A stretch of 64,000 nucleotides of DNA, taken from the NCBI GenBank assembly GCA_031410915.1, contig JANNZY010000147.1, forward strand, positions 60,846 to 124,845. The letters run 5' to 3'. Origin of the DNA: Actinomycetes bacterium (GTDB lineage: Bacteria; Actinomycetota; Acidimicrobiia; Acidimicrobiales; Ilumatobacteraceae). Under the pieces are notes generated by a model. It was not told the DNA's origin. It did not search any database and saw only the letters and a program-made list of their open reading frames with translations. Both the position numbers and the translations under genes were made by a program. The first letter of the stretch is position 1; each line of letters begins with the position of its first letter. This document shows positions 47,755 to 57,336 of the stretch, in pieces.

Positions 47755-48600
47755 ATGACAGCGAGGGACGAGCTGCTCGAACACCTGCCCCGTCCCGTCG
47801 CGTTCGTGCTCGGCGGCGGCGGCAGCCTCGGTGCCGTGCAGGTCGGCATGATGCGAGCACTGCTGGAGCGAGGCATCACACCGGACATCGTCGTCGGCAC
47901 GTCGATCGGTTCGTTCAATGGCGCGATCCTGGCCGCCGACCCGTTGACCGCGGTCGAGAAGTTGGAGCAGTTCTGGCGGAGCTCGAAGCGCGTCGACGTG
48001 CTGCCGCTGCGCGGCGTCAAGCCGATCCTGCATTGGCGGCGGACCAAGCAGAGCTTCTACCCCAACGACGGGTTGGTCCGCTCGATCGACTCGATGCTTG
48101 GTGACTTCAAGCGTATCGAGGACCTTCGCATCCCATATGGCGCGGTCGCCATCGACGTGCAGCGTGGCACGCCGGTGCTGTTCCGTGAGGGCAGCCTGGC
48201 CACTGCGATCCTGGCCAGCGCGGCCATCCCCGGACTGTTCCCTCCGGTCGAACGCGACGGTCGCATCTTCTACGACGGAGGCCTCGGCAACAACGTGCCG
48301 ATGCGCGATGCGATCGGGATGGGCGCCCGCTCGCTCGTCGTCCTGGACACCACGAGCCCGACCATCGACCTGGCGCCACCGCAGGGATTGATGGAGCTGT
48401 TCTCCTACGTGACCGAGGTGTACGCCCGGCAGATGGTGTTGCGCGACCTGGCCGAGCTGTCGCACGTGCCGATCCTGTATCCGCCGAGCCCTGCACCGGG
48501 CACGCTCTGGCCGTTGGACCTGGAGCACACCGAGGAGCTGTTGTTCAACAGCTACCTCGACACCAAGGAGTACCTCACGCTGAAGATGGCTGCGACCTGA
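47755..48600 (+). CDS. Patatin-like phospholipase
   Basis: ATG at 47755 (MTARDELL...). Oxyanion GGGGSLG, nucleophile elbow GTSIGS, and a DGG motif in YDGGLGNNVP. Confidence 0.85.
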   Translation: MTARDELLEHLPRPVAFVLGGGGSLGAVQVGMMRALLERGITPDIVVGTSIGSFNGAILAADPLTAVEKLEQFWRSSKRVDVLPLRGVKPILHWRRTKQSFYPNDGLVRSIDSMLGDFKRIEDLRIPYGAVAIDVQRGTPVLFREGSLATAILASAAIPGLFPPVERDGRIFYDGGLGNNVPMRDAIGMGARSLVVLDTTSPTIDLAPPQGLMELFSYVTEVYARQMVLRDLAELSHVPILYPPSPAPGTLWPLDLEHTEELLFNSYLDTKEYLTLKMAAT

Positions 48601-48614
48601 TCACAGGAAGCCGA

Positions 48615-51600
48615 TCAGTACAGGTTGCGCAGCTGGCGTAAGCCGACGGTGAGCGTCGTGATGTCGAACGTCTCGCCGCGACGGACCTCGTTGAAGATGG
48701 TCGTCACCCGCGACAGCGACCGCTCGTTGCGACTCATCCAGTGCTCGACGCTGCCGCCGTCGCGCACGACATCCTCGGTGAGCTCGGCCAAGCCGTTGAG
48801 CAGGTCGTCACGCAGCGCCGATCGGGCCTGGGTCTCCCACCGCGTCGAGCGCGGCAGCGCACCGACGCCTTCCCACAGCCACAACAGGTCGAGCCGGTCG
48901 AACAGCTCCCAGTACCGAGCAGCGACCGTCTCCAGATCCGAGCGGTGCCGGGCCGCGATGTCGATCACGTCGAAACCCGTGTGCAGCAGGGGCCACACGG
49001 CAGATTGCTCGGCCAGTGACTCAGGCACACCCGCGGCCAGGCGACTTGCCCACGTCGAGTGGGTGATCGCATTGAGCTGACCGCGCAGCACGTCGTCGTA
49101 GCGCGACGCGAGACGCTGCATGGACGGCCCGAACTCGCGGGTCACCTCGGCCAGGTTGATCGGTGCCCGCCGGCGGCGGAGAAGCCACAGCACACCGCGT
49201 TCGGTCATCCGTCGCGCCTCGAGCAACAGATCCAGCTTGACGTCCAACTTGACGTCGTTGCCGAGCGCCTCGATGGAATCCCACAGATGTTGCAAACGGA
49301 AGATGTCGCGCGATGCCACCCAAGCGCGGGCGATCTCGGTGATCATCGTCCCGGTCTGCTCGGTGATGCGATGGTCGAACGACGTGCCCGACAGGTTGAC
49401 CATCTGATTGACGAGCTCGGTCGTGATGATCTCGCGGCGCAGCCGGTGGCTCTTGATCTCGGCCAAGAAACGGGTCTGCATGTTCTTCGGGAAGTAACGA
49501 ATCAGCTCGGCTTCGAGATACGGGTCGTCGGGCAGCTCGCTCCGCAAGATCTCGGCGGCGTCGGCATTCTTCGTGTAAGCCAGCAGCACGGCGAACTCCG
49601 GTGTGGTCAATCCCTGACCGTTGGCTTGCCGTTCGGCCAACTGGCGATCGGCCGGCAAGAACTCGAGCGAGCGGTTGAGCCAGCCCTCGGACTCGAGTGC
49701 GTGCAGGTACCGAGTGTGCACGTTGATCATCGGGAACGCCTGCTTGCGAGCAATGGTCAGCGCCAGCGTCTGGGCCCGGTTGTCGTCGAGCACGAGCTCG
49801 CCGACCTCGTCGGTCATCGAGGCGATGATCTCGTTGCGCTCGTCATAGGTCAGATCGCCGCGCTGCACGCACCCGTTGAGCACGATCTTGATGTTGACCT
49901 CGTGATCGCTGCAGTCCACACCGGCGGAGTTGTCGATCGCGTCGGTGTTGATCAGGCCGCCGTTCAGTGCGTACTCCACCCGGCCGCGCTGGGTGAACCC
50001 GAGGTTTCCGCCCTCTCCGACGATGCGACAGCGCAGCTCGTTGCCGTTCACACGCAGCGAGTCGTTGGCCCGGTCGCCGACATCGGCGTTGGTCTCCGTC
50101 GACGCCTTCACATACGTGCCGATGCCACCGTTCCAGAACAGATCGACGGGCGCGCGCAGGATGGCCGAGATCAACTCGTTGGGTGCCAGCTCGTCGGCCT
50201 CGATGCCGAGCCGGCGCTGCATCGCCGAAGACACCGGGATCGCCTTCATCGTGCGCGCGTACACACCGCCGCCCTGGCTGATGATCGAGCGGTCGTACTC
50301 GTACCAGCTGCTGCGCGGCAGGACGAACAGGCGAAGTCGCTCGGTGTAGGACTCATGCGGGTCGGGCTCGGGATCCATGAATATGTGGCGGTGATCGAAC
50401 GCAGCGATCAGCTTCACGTTCGCCGAGCGCAACAGGCCGTTGCCGAACACGTCGCCGGACATGTCGCCCACGCCGACGACCGTGAGCGGATCGGTGTCGG
50501 CATTGCGGCCGATGACCTGCGCGTGGCGGCGCACGCTCTCCCACGCCCCACGAGCGGTGATGCCCATCACCTTGTGGTCGTATCCGACGCTTCCGCCCGA
50601 CGCGAACGCGTCACCGAGCCAGAAACCGTACGACTCAGCGATGTCGTTGGCGACGTCGCTGAAGGTGGCGGTGCCCTTGTCGGCTGCGACGACGAGATAC
50701 GGATCGTCACCGTCGTAGCGCAGAGTGTCCGCCGGCGGTACCACGCGGCCGTCGACGATGTTGTCGGTCAGGTCGAGCAGGCCGGCGATGAACTCGCTGT
50801 AGCAATCGACCACCTCTTGGCGCATCGCGTCGGCCTCCGCCGGCGGGCGCTTGACGACGAAGCCGCCCTTCGAACCAACGGGCACGATGACCGCGTTCTT
50901 CACCATCTGCGCCTTCATCAGCCCGAGCACCTCGGTGCGGAAGTCCTCGCGCCGATCGCTCCAACGGATGCCGCCGCGGGCGATGCGCCCGCCGCGCAGG
51001 TGGATGCCCTCCACCCGCGGCGAGCAGATCCAGATCTCGTACAGCGGTCGCGGCAACGGCAGGTCGGGCACCTTCGCCGGATCCAGCTTCAGCGCGATGA
51101 CGCAACGCTTACCACCGTCGGCACCCGAACGGAACACGTTGGTGCGCAGGGTCGCGTCGATCACGTCCGCCACCGTGCGGCAGATGCGGTCCTCGTCCAG
51201 GCTCGGGATCGCCTCCAGCGCGGCGTCCAGCTCGATGCGGACGGTCGCAACCTCGTGGGCTCGCGCGTCGTCGTCGGCAGCGGAGCCGAAGCGAGCCTTG
51301 AACATCCGAACCAACAGCTGCACGACGAGCGGGTACTTCGCGAGCGTCGTTTCGATGTACCGCTGGCTGAACGGGAACGCCGTCTGGCGAATGTACTTGG
51401 CGTAGGCGCGCACGATCTCGACATCGCGTGCGGTCAGGCCGGCGACGAGCACGAGACGGTTGAAGCCGTCGCTCTCCACCGTGCCGGCGAGCAGCTCGCG
51501 GAACGTGGCCATCACTTCGTCCAGCGTCTCGTTCGTGACCGCGACGTCGTCTCCGACGCGCACCCCGACGTCGTACAGCGACACTGTCGAATCGTTCACG

Positions 51601-53318
51601 TGCAGCTGGAACGGCCGCTCGTCGATCGCCTGCAGGCCGAGCTGATCCAGCACCGGCAGCAGCTCGGACAGGGTCAGCGGCGCGTCACGGCGATAGATGC
51701 GGAACCGGCGCTCGTTCTCGGGCAGCGTGCCGGGCGAGACGAATGCCGTGGTCGTCGACTCCGCCGACGACAACAACTCGTCGATCTTCTGCGCGTCCAA
51801 CACGGCCAGGTCCGGCGTCGTCAGCGACATGTAGTCACTGGTCATTCGCGCGCTGTACGTGCGCGTCAGGCGATCTGCCTCGGCCTCGCCCAGGCCAGCG
51901 ACCAGTGCCGTGCGGAAGCGGTCCTCCCAGCGTTGTGTCAGCTGATCGACCTCGACGCTGAGCCGGGCCAGGTCGGCCTCGGTGACAGCCTGCGGGCGGC
52001 GGATCTCGACGGTGACGCGGGCCAGTGGGCTGGTCGAGACGAACGAGTCGAACGTCATCCGCGACGCGTTCGTCGAGCGGGCCACGAGCGCGGCCACGCG
52101 CTGCGGCGTTTCGGGAGTGACCCGGGCGCGGGGAAGGTAGACAGCCAGGGTCTGCCAACCGCTCTCCGGCGAGCGCAACTCCAGCACCCGCACGAGCGAG
52201 CGCTCCTGCAGTCCGACGATGACCATCGCGACATCGGCCAATTCGTCGCGACCGATCTCGAAGATCTCGTCGCGCGGGAACGTCTCGAGCACGTTGCGCA
52301 GAGCGCGTCCCGTGTGGCTCGACGGATCGAACCTGCTTCGTTGCAGGATCCACGCGACTCGCTCGCGGATCAACGGGATCGTCGACACCGAGGCCCGGTA
52401 GGCGGCTGCCGAGAACAGACCGAAGAACCGCTCTTCGCCGACGACTGCGCCATCGGCACCGATGCGCCGCACGGCGACGCACGCCGGCCGGGCGTGGCGG
52501 TGGATGTCTACCTCGCCGTCGGTGCGCACGATCGAGACCAGCGCGTCGCCACCGGCGTACACGGGATCGATGTCGTCGCGCATGCGCTGCAGGCCGAGCT
52601 GCGAACCCTCGACGACGCGCAGCTCGCCGGACTCCACCGTGTACGACGCGGCCCCCAAGAAAACGAAGTGCTGGCGCGTCAACCAGCCGAGCAGCTTGGC
52701 CACTTGGTCGGCCTCGGTCGCGGTGTGGCCTTCGGCCGGCGTGTCGCTGAGCGACTCGGCCAACTCGAGCGCGCGCTCGCGCATCGCCGGGTTGTCGCCG
52801 ACGACGGCCTGCACGTTGGCGACGCCCTCGCGGACGAGGTGCTCGACACGGGCGGCGACCTCGGGCGTGCAACGCGCGATCTCCATCTGCGTCCACGCTT
52901 CGCGCAACGGTCCTTCGCCGACAGTCGTCAACTCGCCGTCGGCGTCACGCTCGACATCGAGCCAGGGGTGCACCATCAAGTGGATGGCCAGCCCGAGGCT
53001 GTCCAGCGCAAGGCGGATCGTGTCGACCATGAACGGCGCGTCGTCGGTGATGACGAGCAAGCACGAGTGCGCCCCGTCAGCTGTGTCGCGTACGTCGACC
53101 AACGTCTCGCCGGGCTTTCGGTAGCGACCGAAGCGAAGATGCGAAAGCGAGGTCGCCGCCATCACGTCCGGTTTGGCAGCCAACTCGTCGTTGGCGATCT
53201 CGTCGAGGAAGTGGCCGGTGAAGGCGGTGGCGAGGTCGCGCTCGGCCGGTTCGGCGAGCGCACGGACACGGTCCACAACCGTGGCCAGACCCGCGGAGAG
53301 AGACTCCCGGTGTGCCAT
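48615..53318 (-). CDS. gdh: Large NAD-specific glutamate dehydrogenase (about 1570 aa, GdhB/Bac_GDH type)
   Basis: ATG at 53318 (MAHRESL...). Its length and long conserved segments (RGGIRWSDRREDFRTEVLGLMKAQMVKNAVIVPVGSKGGFV, GVGDMSGDVFGNG) fit the 180-kDa NAD-GDH family. Confidence 0.9.
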   Translation of the reverse strand: MAHRESLSAGLATVVDRVRALAEPAERDLATAFTGHFLDEIANDELAAKPDVMAATSLSHLRFGRYRKPGETLVDVRDTADGAHSCLLVITDDAPFMVDTIRLALDSLGLAIHLMVHPWLDVERDADGELTTVGEGPLREAWTQMEIARCTPEVAARVEHLVREGVANVQAVVGDNPAMRERALELAESLSDTPAEGHTATEADQVAKLLGWLTRQHFVFLGAASYTVESGELRVVEGSQLGLQRMRDDIDPVYAGGDALVSIVRTDGEVDIHRHARPACVAVRRIGADGAVVGEERFFGLFSAAAYRASVSTIPLIRERVAWILQRSRFDPSSHTGRALRNVLETFPRDEIFEIGRDELADVAMVIVGLQERSLVRVLELRSPESGWQTLAVYLPRARVTPETPQRVAALVARSTNASRMTFDSFVSTSPLARVTVEIRRPQAVTEADLARLSVEVDQLTQRWEDRFRTALVAGLGEAEADRLTRTYSARMTSDYMSLTTPDLAVLDAQKIDELLSSAESTTTAFVSPGTLPENERRFRIYRRDAPLTLSELLPVLDQLGLQAIDERPFQLHVNDSTVSLYDVGVRVGDDVAVTNETLDEVMATFRELLAGTVESDGFNRLVLVAGLTARDVEIVRAYAKYIRQTAFPFSQRYIETTLAKYPLVVQLLVRMFKARFGSAADDDARAHEVATVRIELDAALEAIPSLDEDRICRTVADVIDATLRTNVFRSGADGGKRCVIALKLDPAKVPDLPLPRPLYEIWICSPRVEGIHLRGGRIARGGIRWSDRREDFRTEVLGLMKAQMVKNAVIVPVGSKGGFVVKRPPAEADAMRQEVVDCYSEFIAGLLDLTDNIVDGRVVPPADTLRYDGDDPYLVVAADKGTATFSDVANDIAESYGFWLGDAFASGGSVGYDHKVMGITARGAWESVRRHAQVIGRNADTDPLTVVGVGDMSGDVFGNGLLRSANVKLIAAFDHRHIFMDPEPDPHESYTERLRLFVLPRSSWYEYDRSIISQGGGVYARTMKAIPVSSAMQRRLGIEADELAPNELISAILRAPVDLFWNGGIGTYVKASTETNADVGDRANDSLRVNGNELRCRIVGEGGNLGFTQRGRVEYALNGGLINTDAIDNSAGVDCSDHEVNIKIVLNGCVQRGDLTYDERNEIIASMTDEVGELVLDDNRAQTLALTIARKQAFPMINVHTRYLHALESEGWLNRSLEFLPADRQLAERQANGQGLTTPEFAVLLAYTKNADAAEILRSELPDDPYLEAELIRYFPKNMQTRFLAEIKSHRLRREIITTELVNQMVNLSGTSFDHRITEQTGTMITEIARAWVASRDIFRLQHLWDSIEALGNDVKLDVKLDLLLEARRMTERGVLWLLRRRRAPINLAEVTREFGPSMQRLASRYDDVLRGQLNAITHSTWASRLAAGVPESLAEQSAVWPLLHTGFDVIDIAARHRSDLETVAARYWELFDRLDLLWLWEGVGALPRSTRWETQARSALRDDLLNGLAELTEDVVRDGGSVEHWMSRNERSLSRVTTIFNEVRRGETFDITTLTVGLRQLRNLY

Positions 53319-53470
53319 TGATCTGCAACTTTCTGTTTCGACAACGCTGGCGAAACGGTGCGGACCGTGGGATCGATCCGAGCGACAGAGTAGCGCCCGT
53401 GCCGGTGCGGCAAGCGCTGGCGGCGGGCGTGGACCGAGCATCGGGGCCCTGCACGTGGTTCGATGTGTGC

Positions 53471-53842
53471 ATGGCTCAGACACAGATCAACGTGCTCGGC
53501 AGTGAGCTCGCCCCGTGCTCGCTCGATCCGCTCACGGGTTACTACCGCACCGGATGCTGCGAGAACCACGGCGACGACCCCGGTCTGCACGTCGTCTGTG
53601 CGGTGATGACCGACGAGTTCCTGGAGTTCAGCAAGGGCGCCGGCAACGACTTGAGCACCCCGATGCCGCAGTACGGATTCGCCGGTCTGCGCGACGGTGA
53701 TCAGTGGTGCCTGTGCGCCCCGCGCTGGCAGGAGGCGCTGGAAGCGGGTGCTGCGCCGAAGGTACGTCTGGCCGCCACGCACGTCTCGGCGTTGGAGTAC
53801 AGCTCGCTCGCCGACCTCCGCGAGCACGCGGTCGACGGATGA
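53471..53842 (+). CDS. DUF2237 family protein
   Basis: NVLGSELAPCSLDPLTGYYRTGCC...GLHVVCAVMTDEFLEF...GNDLSTP...GDQWCLCAPRW matches the DUF2237 pattern. Confidence 0.75.
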   Translation: MAQTQINVLGSELAPCSLDPLTGYYRTGCCENHGDDPGLHVVCAVMTDEFLEFSKGAGNDLSTPMPQYGFAGLRDGDQWCLCAPRWQEALEAGAAPKVRLAATHVSALEYSSLADLREHAVDG

Positions 53843-54708
53843 CGCCGGATGCTGCCCTCGCGCCGGCTCGTGAGTGGCTGGCCGAGCAGATCCGTTCCCG
53901 CGTGGTCGGCGACAACCCCAGCGAGAAGAACCAGCAGATCTTCGACTCGCCTGGCGAACGCTGGTTCGCGCCGGACAGCCCGATCCGGATGGTGCACGCC
54001 GACGCATCGATGTTCATCGGCGGGCTGCGCGCGCTGCTGCTGCAGTCGCTGCACCCACTGGCGATGGCCGGTGTCGCCGAGCACAGCGACTACCGCGCCG
54101 ATCCCTGGGGTCGTCTCCAACGCACTGCTGACTTCCTGGCGACCACCACGTTCGGTCCGGCCGACATGGCCGAGCGGGCCGTCGCGACCGTCAAGCGGGT
54201 GCACCGGCGCGTCGTCGGCGTCGCGTCGGACGGTCGCTCGTACGCAGCGAACGACCCGCACCTCTTGCACTGGGTGCACCTCGCCGAAACCGACAGCTTT
54301 CTGGCTGCGTATCAGCGTTTCGGTCGCACACAACTGACACCCGCCGAGGCCGACAGGTACGTGGCTGAGGCGGCGGTGGTGGCGAGCGCCCTCGGTGTCG
54401 TCGAGCCGCCGACCTCGACGGTGATGTTGCGCCAACAGCTGCGCAACTTCCGCCCCGAGTTGCACGGCACCCGCGAGGCCCGCCAAGCAGCGCGGTTCTT
54501 GCTGATCGAGCCGCCACTCCCGCTGGCTGCGCGGCCGGCATACCTCGCGCTGGCCGCGGCCGCCGTGTCGTTGCTCCCGACGTGGACCCGTTGGCCGCTG
54601 CGGCTGCCGCTGTTGCCGGTGAGCGAGCGGTTGGTGGTCGGCCCGACGGGCAAGGCCGTGACCGAGCTGATCAGGTGGTCCATGCATCGCCCCACGCCGG
54701 CGAACTGA
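53839..54708 (+). CDS. MpaB/DUF2236-family oxygenase-like protein
   Basis: ATGA overlap with the DUF2237 gene. MFIGGLRALLLQSLHPLAMAGV...DPWGRLQRT...VKRVHRRV...NDPHLLHWVH. Confidence 0.7.
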   Translation: MTPDAALAPAREWLAEQIRSRVVGDNPSEKNQQIFDSPGERWFAPDSPIRMVHADASMFIGGLRALLLQSLHPLAMAGVAEHSDYRADPWGRLQRTADFLATTTFGPADMAERAVATVKRVHRRVVGVASDGRSYAANDPHLLHWVHLAETDSFLAAYQRFGRTQLTPAEADRYVAEAAVVASALGVVEPPTSTVMLRQQLRNFRPELHGTREARQAARFLLIEPPLPLAARPAYLALAAAAVSLLPTWTRWPLRLPLLPVSERLVVGPTGKAVTELIRWSMHRPTPAN

Positions 54709-54811
54709 CATCGGCCCAAGCGGTCCCCGCTTGACGGCATCTTGAGTGTCATCACCTACCGCGATCTCCTAGGCTCGATGGCCGCAGGCGACGGAAGAGG
54801 GAAGAACGCGC

Positions 54812-56245
54812 ATGAGCACGCTGCCACCACCACCATTCGGCCCCGACAACACCGGCCAGGGCGGTGGGGGTCAGCCCGGCGGCTTCGGGTCGCCGTCGTT
54901 CAACCCGCCGGGCCCACCACAGCCGCAGTACCAGCAGCCCCAGTTCCAACCGGCGGGTCAGCCGCCGTCGGGATCGGGCGGCAAGAAGACGGGCGCAATC
55001 ATCGCCGGCCTGGTGGCAGTCGCCGCGCTCGCCGGTGGCGGCATCTACATCGCGACCAGGGGTGACGACGACTCGTCGTCCGCGTCCACCGACGAGACCT
55101 TCGACACCGAGCCCGACATCACGATCGAGGACATCACCGTCCCCGACATCACGATCGGGGACATCACCGTCCCCGACGTCACGCTGCCGGACAGCATCCC
55201 CGAGGTCACGTTTCCCGACATCACGTTGCCGGACATCAGCGTGCCCACGAGCGAAACGTCCGACACCGTCGCGATTCCCGACGGTGCGATCGACCTGACT
55301 CACGGCGTGTACGTGCCACTGCCCGACGGTTGGTCGCAGACCAGCGCCGAGGGCGAGGTGCTGACCATCTCCGGCGGCACGAGCAGCATCGCGCTGCAGG
55401 TTCTGGAGCGCGTCGCCGGCGAAGATCCGGTGACCGCCATGCAGGAATACATCGACACATTCGATACCGACTACCCGGCCGTGTCATACAGCCCGACGAG
55501 CCTGATCGACACGCTCCAGGGTTCGCGACCGGTCAAGCTGTACCGCGTCTACTACCGCACCTTCGATCCCGATGACGAGAACGGATCGGGCATCACTGGC
55601 GGCGTCTACGTGTACATGCGCAGCGACGGTCTCACGATGGTCTACGACGTCTACGGCAGCGAGGACGACGTGCCCGGTTTGGAGGGCAGCGACCTCACCA
55701 CGTTGGAGACCAGCTTCGCCGCGGCGCCGGCCATCGCCGACTCGGTCGACCTCGTCGACCACGAACCGTTCCAAGTCAAGAGCGCAACCCCGTACGTCGA
55801 GGTCGAAGGCTTCGTCGGCTTCTACGCGGCCCCTGGCTTCACCGTCGCCAACAGTGGCGGTGGCAACGGCATCGTCACGACTGCGGCGATGACCGTTCAG
55901 GTCCTCAAGCTGACCGGACAGCCGAACGTGGACGCGGCGGTCGCCAGCGCGCAGACCCACCTGTCGAACTTCTACTCGAACCTGTCGTTCGGCACGCCCA
56001 GCGTGTACGACCCGGACAAGTACGGCGTGATCCATCGCGGTGTCGGTTGGGACGCAACGTACACAGCCGACGGCCGCCAGTCGGCAGGCGCGTTCGACCT
56101 GTTCTTCGACCCGGCCAGCGGCAGCGCCTATCTCGTGTCGCGTGGCTGGTTCGTCGACCCCAACGACCCCGACACCGAACCGAACGAGACCGAGGCCGAC
56201 TTCATGTACTCCAGCTTCATCGAGTCCTTCACCAACATCTCGTAG
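54812..56245 (+). CDS. Single-pass membrane protein: Pro/Gln/Gly-rich N-terminus, short peptide repeats, unknown extracytoplasmic domain
   Basis: 477 aa. PPPPFGPDNTGQGGGGQP...QPQYQQPQFQP, then TM helix GAIIAGLVAVAALAGGGIYIA, then DITIEDITVPDITIGDITVPDVTLPD...VTFPDITLPDISVP. Confidence 0.65.
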   Translation: MSTLPPPPFGPDNTGQGGGGQPGGFGSPSFNPPGPPQPQYQQPQFQPAGQPPSGSGGKKTGAIIAGLVAVAALAGGGIYIATRGDDDSSSASTDETFDTEPDITIEDITVPDITIGDITVPDVTLPDSIPEVTFPDITLPDISVPTSETSDTVAIPDGAIDLTHGVYVPLPDGWSQTSAEGEVLTISGGTSSIALQVLERVAGEDPVTAMQEYIDTFDTDYPAVSYSPTSLIDTLQGSRPVKLYRVYYRTFDPDDENGSGITGGVYVYMRSDGLTMVYDVYGSEDDVPGLEGSDLTTLETSFAAAPAIADSVDLVDHEPFQVKSATPYVEVEGFVGFYAAPGFTVANSGGGNGIVTTAAMTVQVLKLTGQPNVDAAVASAQTHLSNFYSNLSFGTPSVYDPDKYGVIHRGVGWDATYTADGRQSAGAFDLFFDPASGSAYLVSRGWFVDPNDPDTEPNETEADFMYSSFIESFTNIS

Positions 56246-56257
56246 GTCGCGACGGAA

Positions 56258-56605
56258 TCACCGCAACGACCGGATCCGCAAACCTCGGACACGTTCGAAG
56301 TCCTTGATGTTCCTGGTGATGAGCTGCAGGCCGTGCTCGATCGCGCTCGCTGCGATGAGCGCATCCGGAAGCCGAATCTTGAACTCACGGACAAGTCGGC
56401 CGGCGCGTTCTGCGACGTCACGATCGACCGGAAGTTCGCGGAACGGTGCCAACAACTGGGCCGAAAGGCTGGTTGCGGTGTTGCCGGCAAACAGTTCCGC
56501 TCTCGTCACGACCGAGTAGTGCAATCGATGCTTCGACGGCTTGAGTTCCGTTGCCCCGCGTAAATGATCGATGAAGACGTCGGTATCGATCAGCAGGTCA
56601 GCCAC
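56258..56605 (-). CDS. vapC: PIN-domain toxin (VapC-like)
   Basis: GTG at 56605; 115 aa. VADLLIDTDVFIDHL, TRAELF, LPDALIAASAI and TRNIKDF supply the four PIN acidic residues. The upstream part of ORF 56258..57478 is a shadow. Confidence 0.75.
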   Translation of the reverse strand: MADLLIDTDVFIDHLRGATELKPSKHRLHYSVVTRAELFAGNTATSLSAQLLAPFRELPVDRDVAERAGRLVREFKIRLPDALIAASAIEHGLQLITRNIKDFERVRGLRIRSLR

Positions 56606-56704
56606 GGTCCCAGTCGTCGCGAGAGGGTGCCGAGGCACTCGGATCTGCGCCAAACGAGCGGCGTGCGCTGGGCCGCGATGAGTTTCGCGAAGGCGTAGCG
56701 TCTG

Positions 56705-57118
56705 ATGGGCATGAGCAACGACACACCAACCACATCGACCCTGTCCGACATCGGCGTCGTGATGTTCTCCGTCGCCGACCAGGACGCGGCGCTCGCCTTC
56801 TACACCGACAAGCTCGGCTTCGAGGTCCGGTCCGACACGCGCTTCGGTGAGAACGGCGAGTACCGCTGGCTCGAGGTCGCGCCTCCCGGCTCGCACGCCC
56901 GCCTCGCGCTGAACCCGCCGATGGGCGGCGCACCCGGCGGCGGCTCGATCGGCGTCGAGACCACTGACGTGCTCGGTGAGCACAAGCGCCTGACAGCGAT
57001 CGGCGGCCTCGACCTCGACGCCGAGCCGATGGTCACCCCCGGCGCGCCGCTGCTGTTCATGATGCGCGACCCCGATGGCAACCACCTCGCCATCGTCGAA
57101 GCCCCGCCCGCCTCCTGA
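56705..57118 (+). CDS. VOC (glyoxalase/bleomycin-resistance/dioxygenase) family protein
   Basis: IGVVMFSVADQDAALAFYTDKLGFEV...YRWLEVAPPG...FMMRDPDGNHLAIVE. Confidence 0.8.
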   Translation: MGMSNDTPTTSTLSDIGVVMFSVADQDAALAFYTDKLGFEVRSDTRFGENGEYRWLEVAPPGSHARLALNPPMGGAPGGGSIGVETTDVLGEHKRLTAIGGLDLDAEPMVTPGAPLLFMMRDPDGNHLAIVEAPPAS

Positions 57119-57336
57119 CGACGTCAGCAAAACCACGAGCCATCGATCTCGTGGCCTGCCCGGTGCCTTCCCGTGACTCCGTACGGAGTCAACCGGGGAT
57201 GGGATATCTAGGGCGGCGAACGCCGAGTCGCGGGGCGGCAACTTCGCCGAGCTGAGCGGCCTGCCTGAGCACTTGGGTGCCGATCGATCAAGTCGTGTCG
57301 CCGCCCAGCAACGCAACGAAGGCGCACCCAATCCGG

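Noticed and set aside
49059-53321. 1420-aa plus-strand ORF opposite the glutamate dehydrogenase gene. Similar cases are 35496..38378 (960 aa), 32764..34764 (666 aa), 27513..29354 (613 aa), 12139..13584 and 62066..63532.
   Set aside because: Their translations are Arg/Gly/Asp/His-rich low-complexity strings without motifs. Each lies exactly antisense to a gene with clear family signatures. Long stop-free antisense frames are expected in high-GC DNA.
53319-53470. GlnR-type box near the gdh/DUF2237 divergent promoter (GTTTCG-N10-CGAAAC inverted repeat at about 53336-53357).
   Set aside because: Only the GAAAC half matches the gTnAc-n6-GaAAc consensus. With one weak half-site I cannot separate it from chance.
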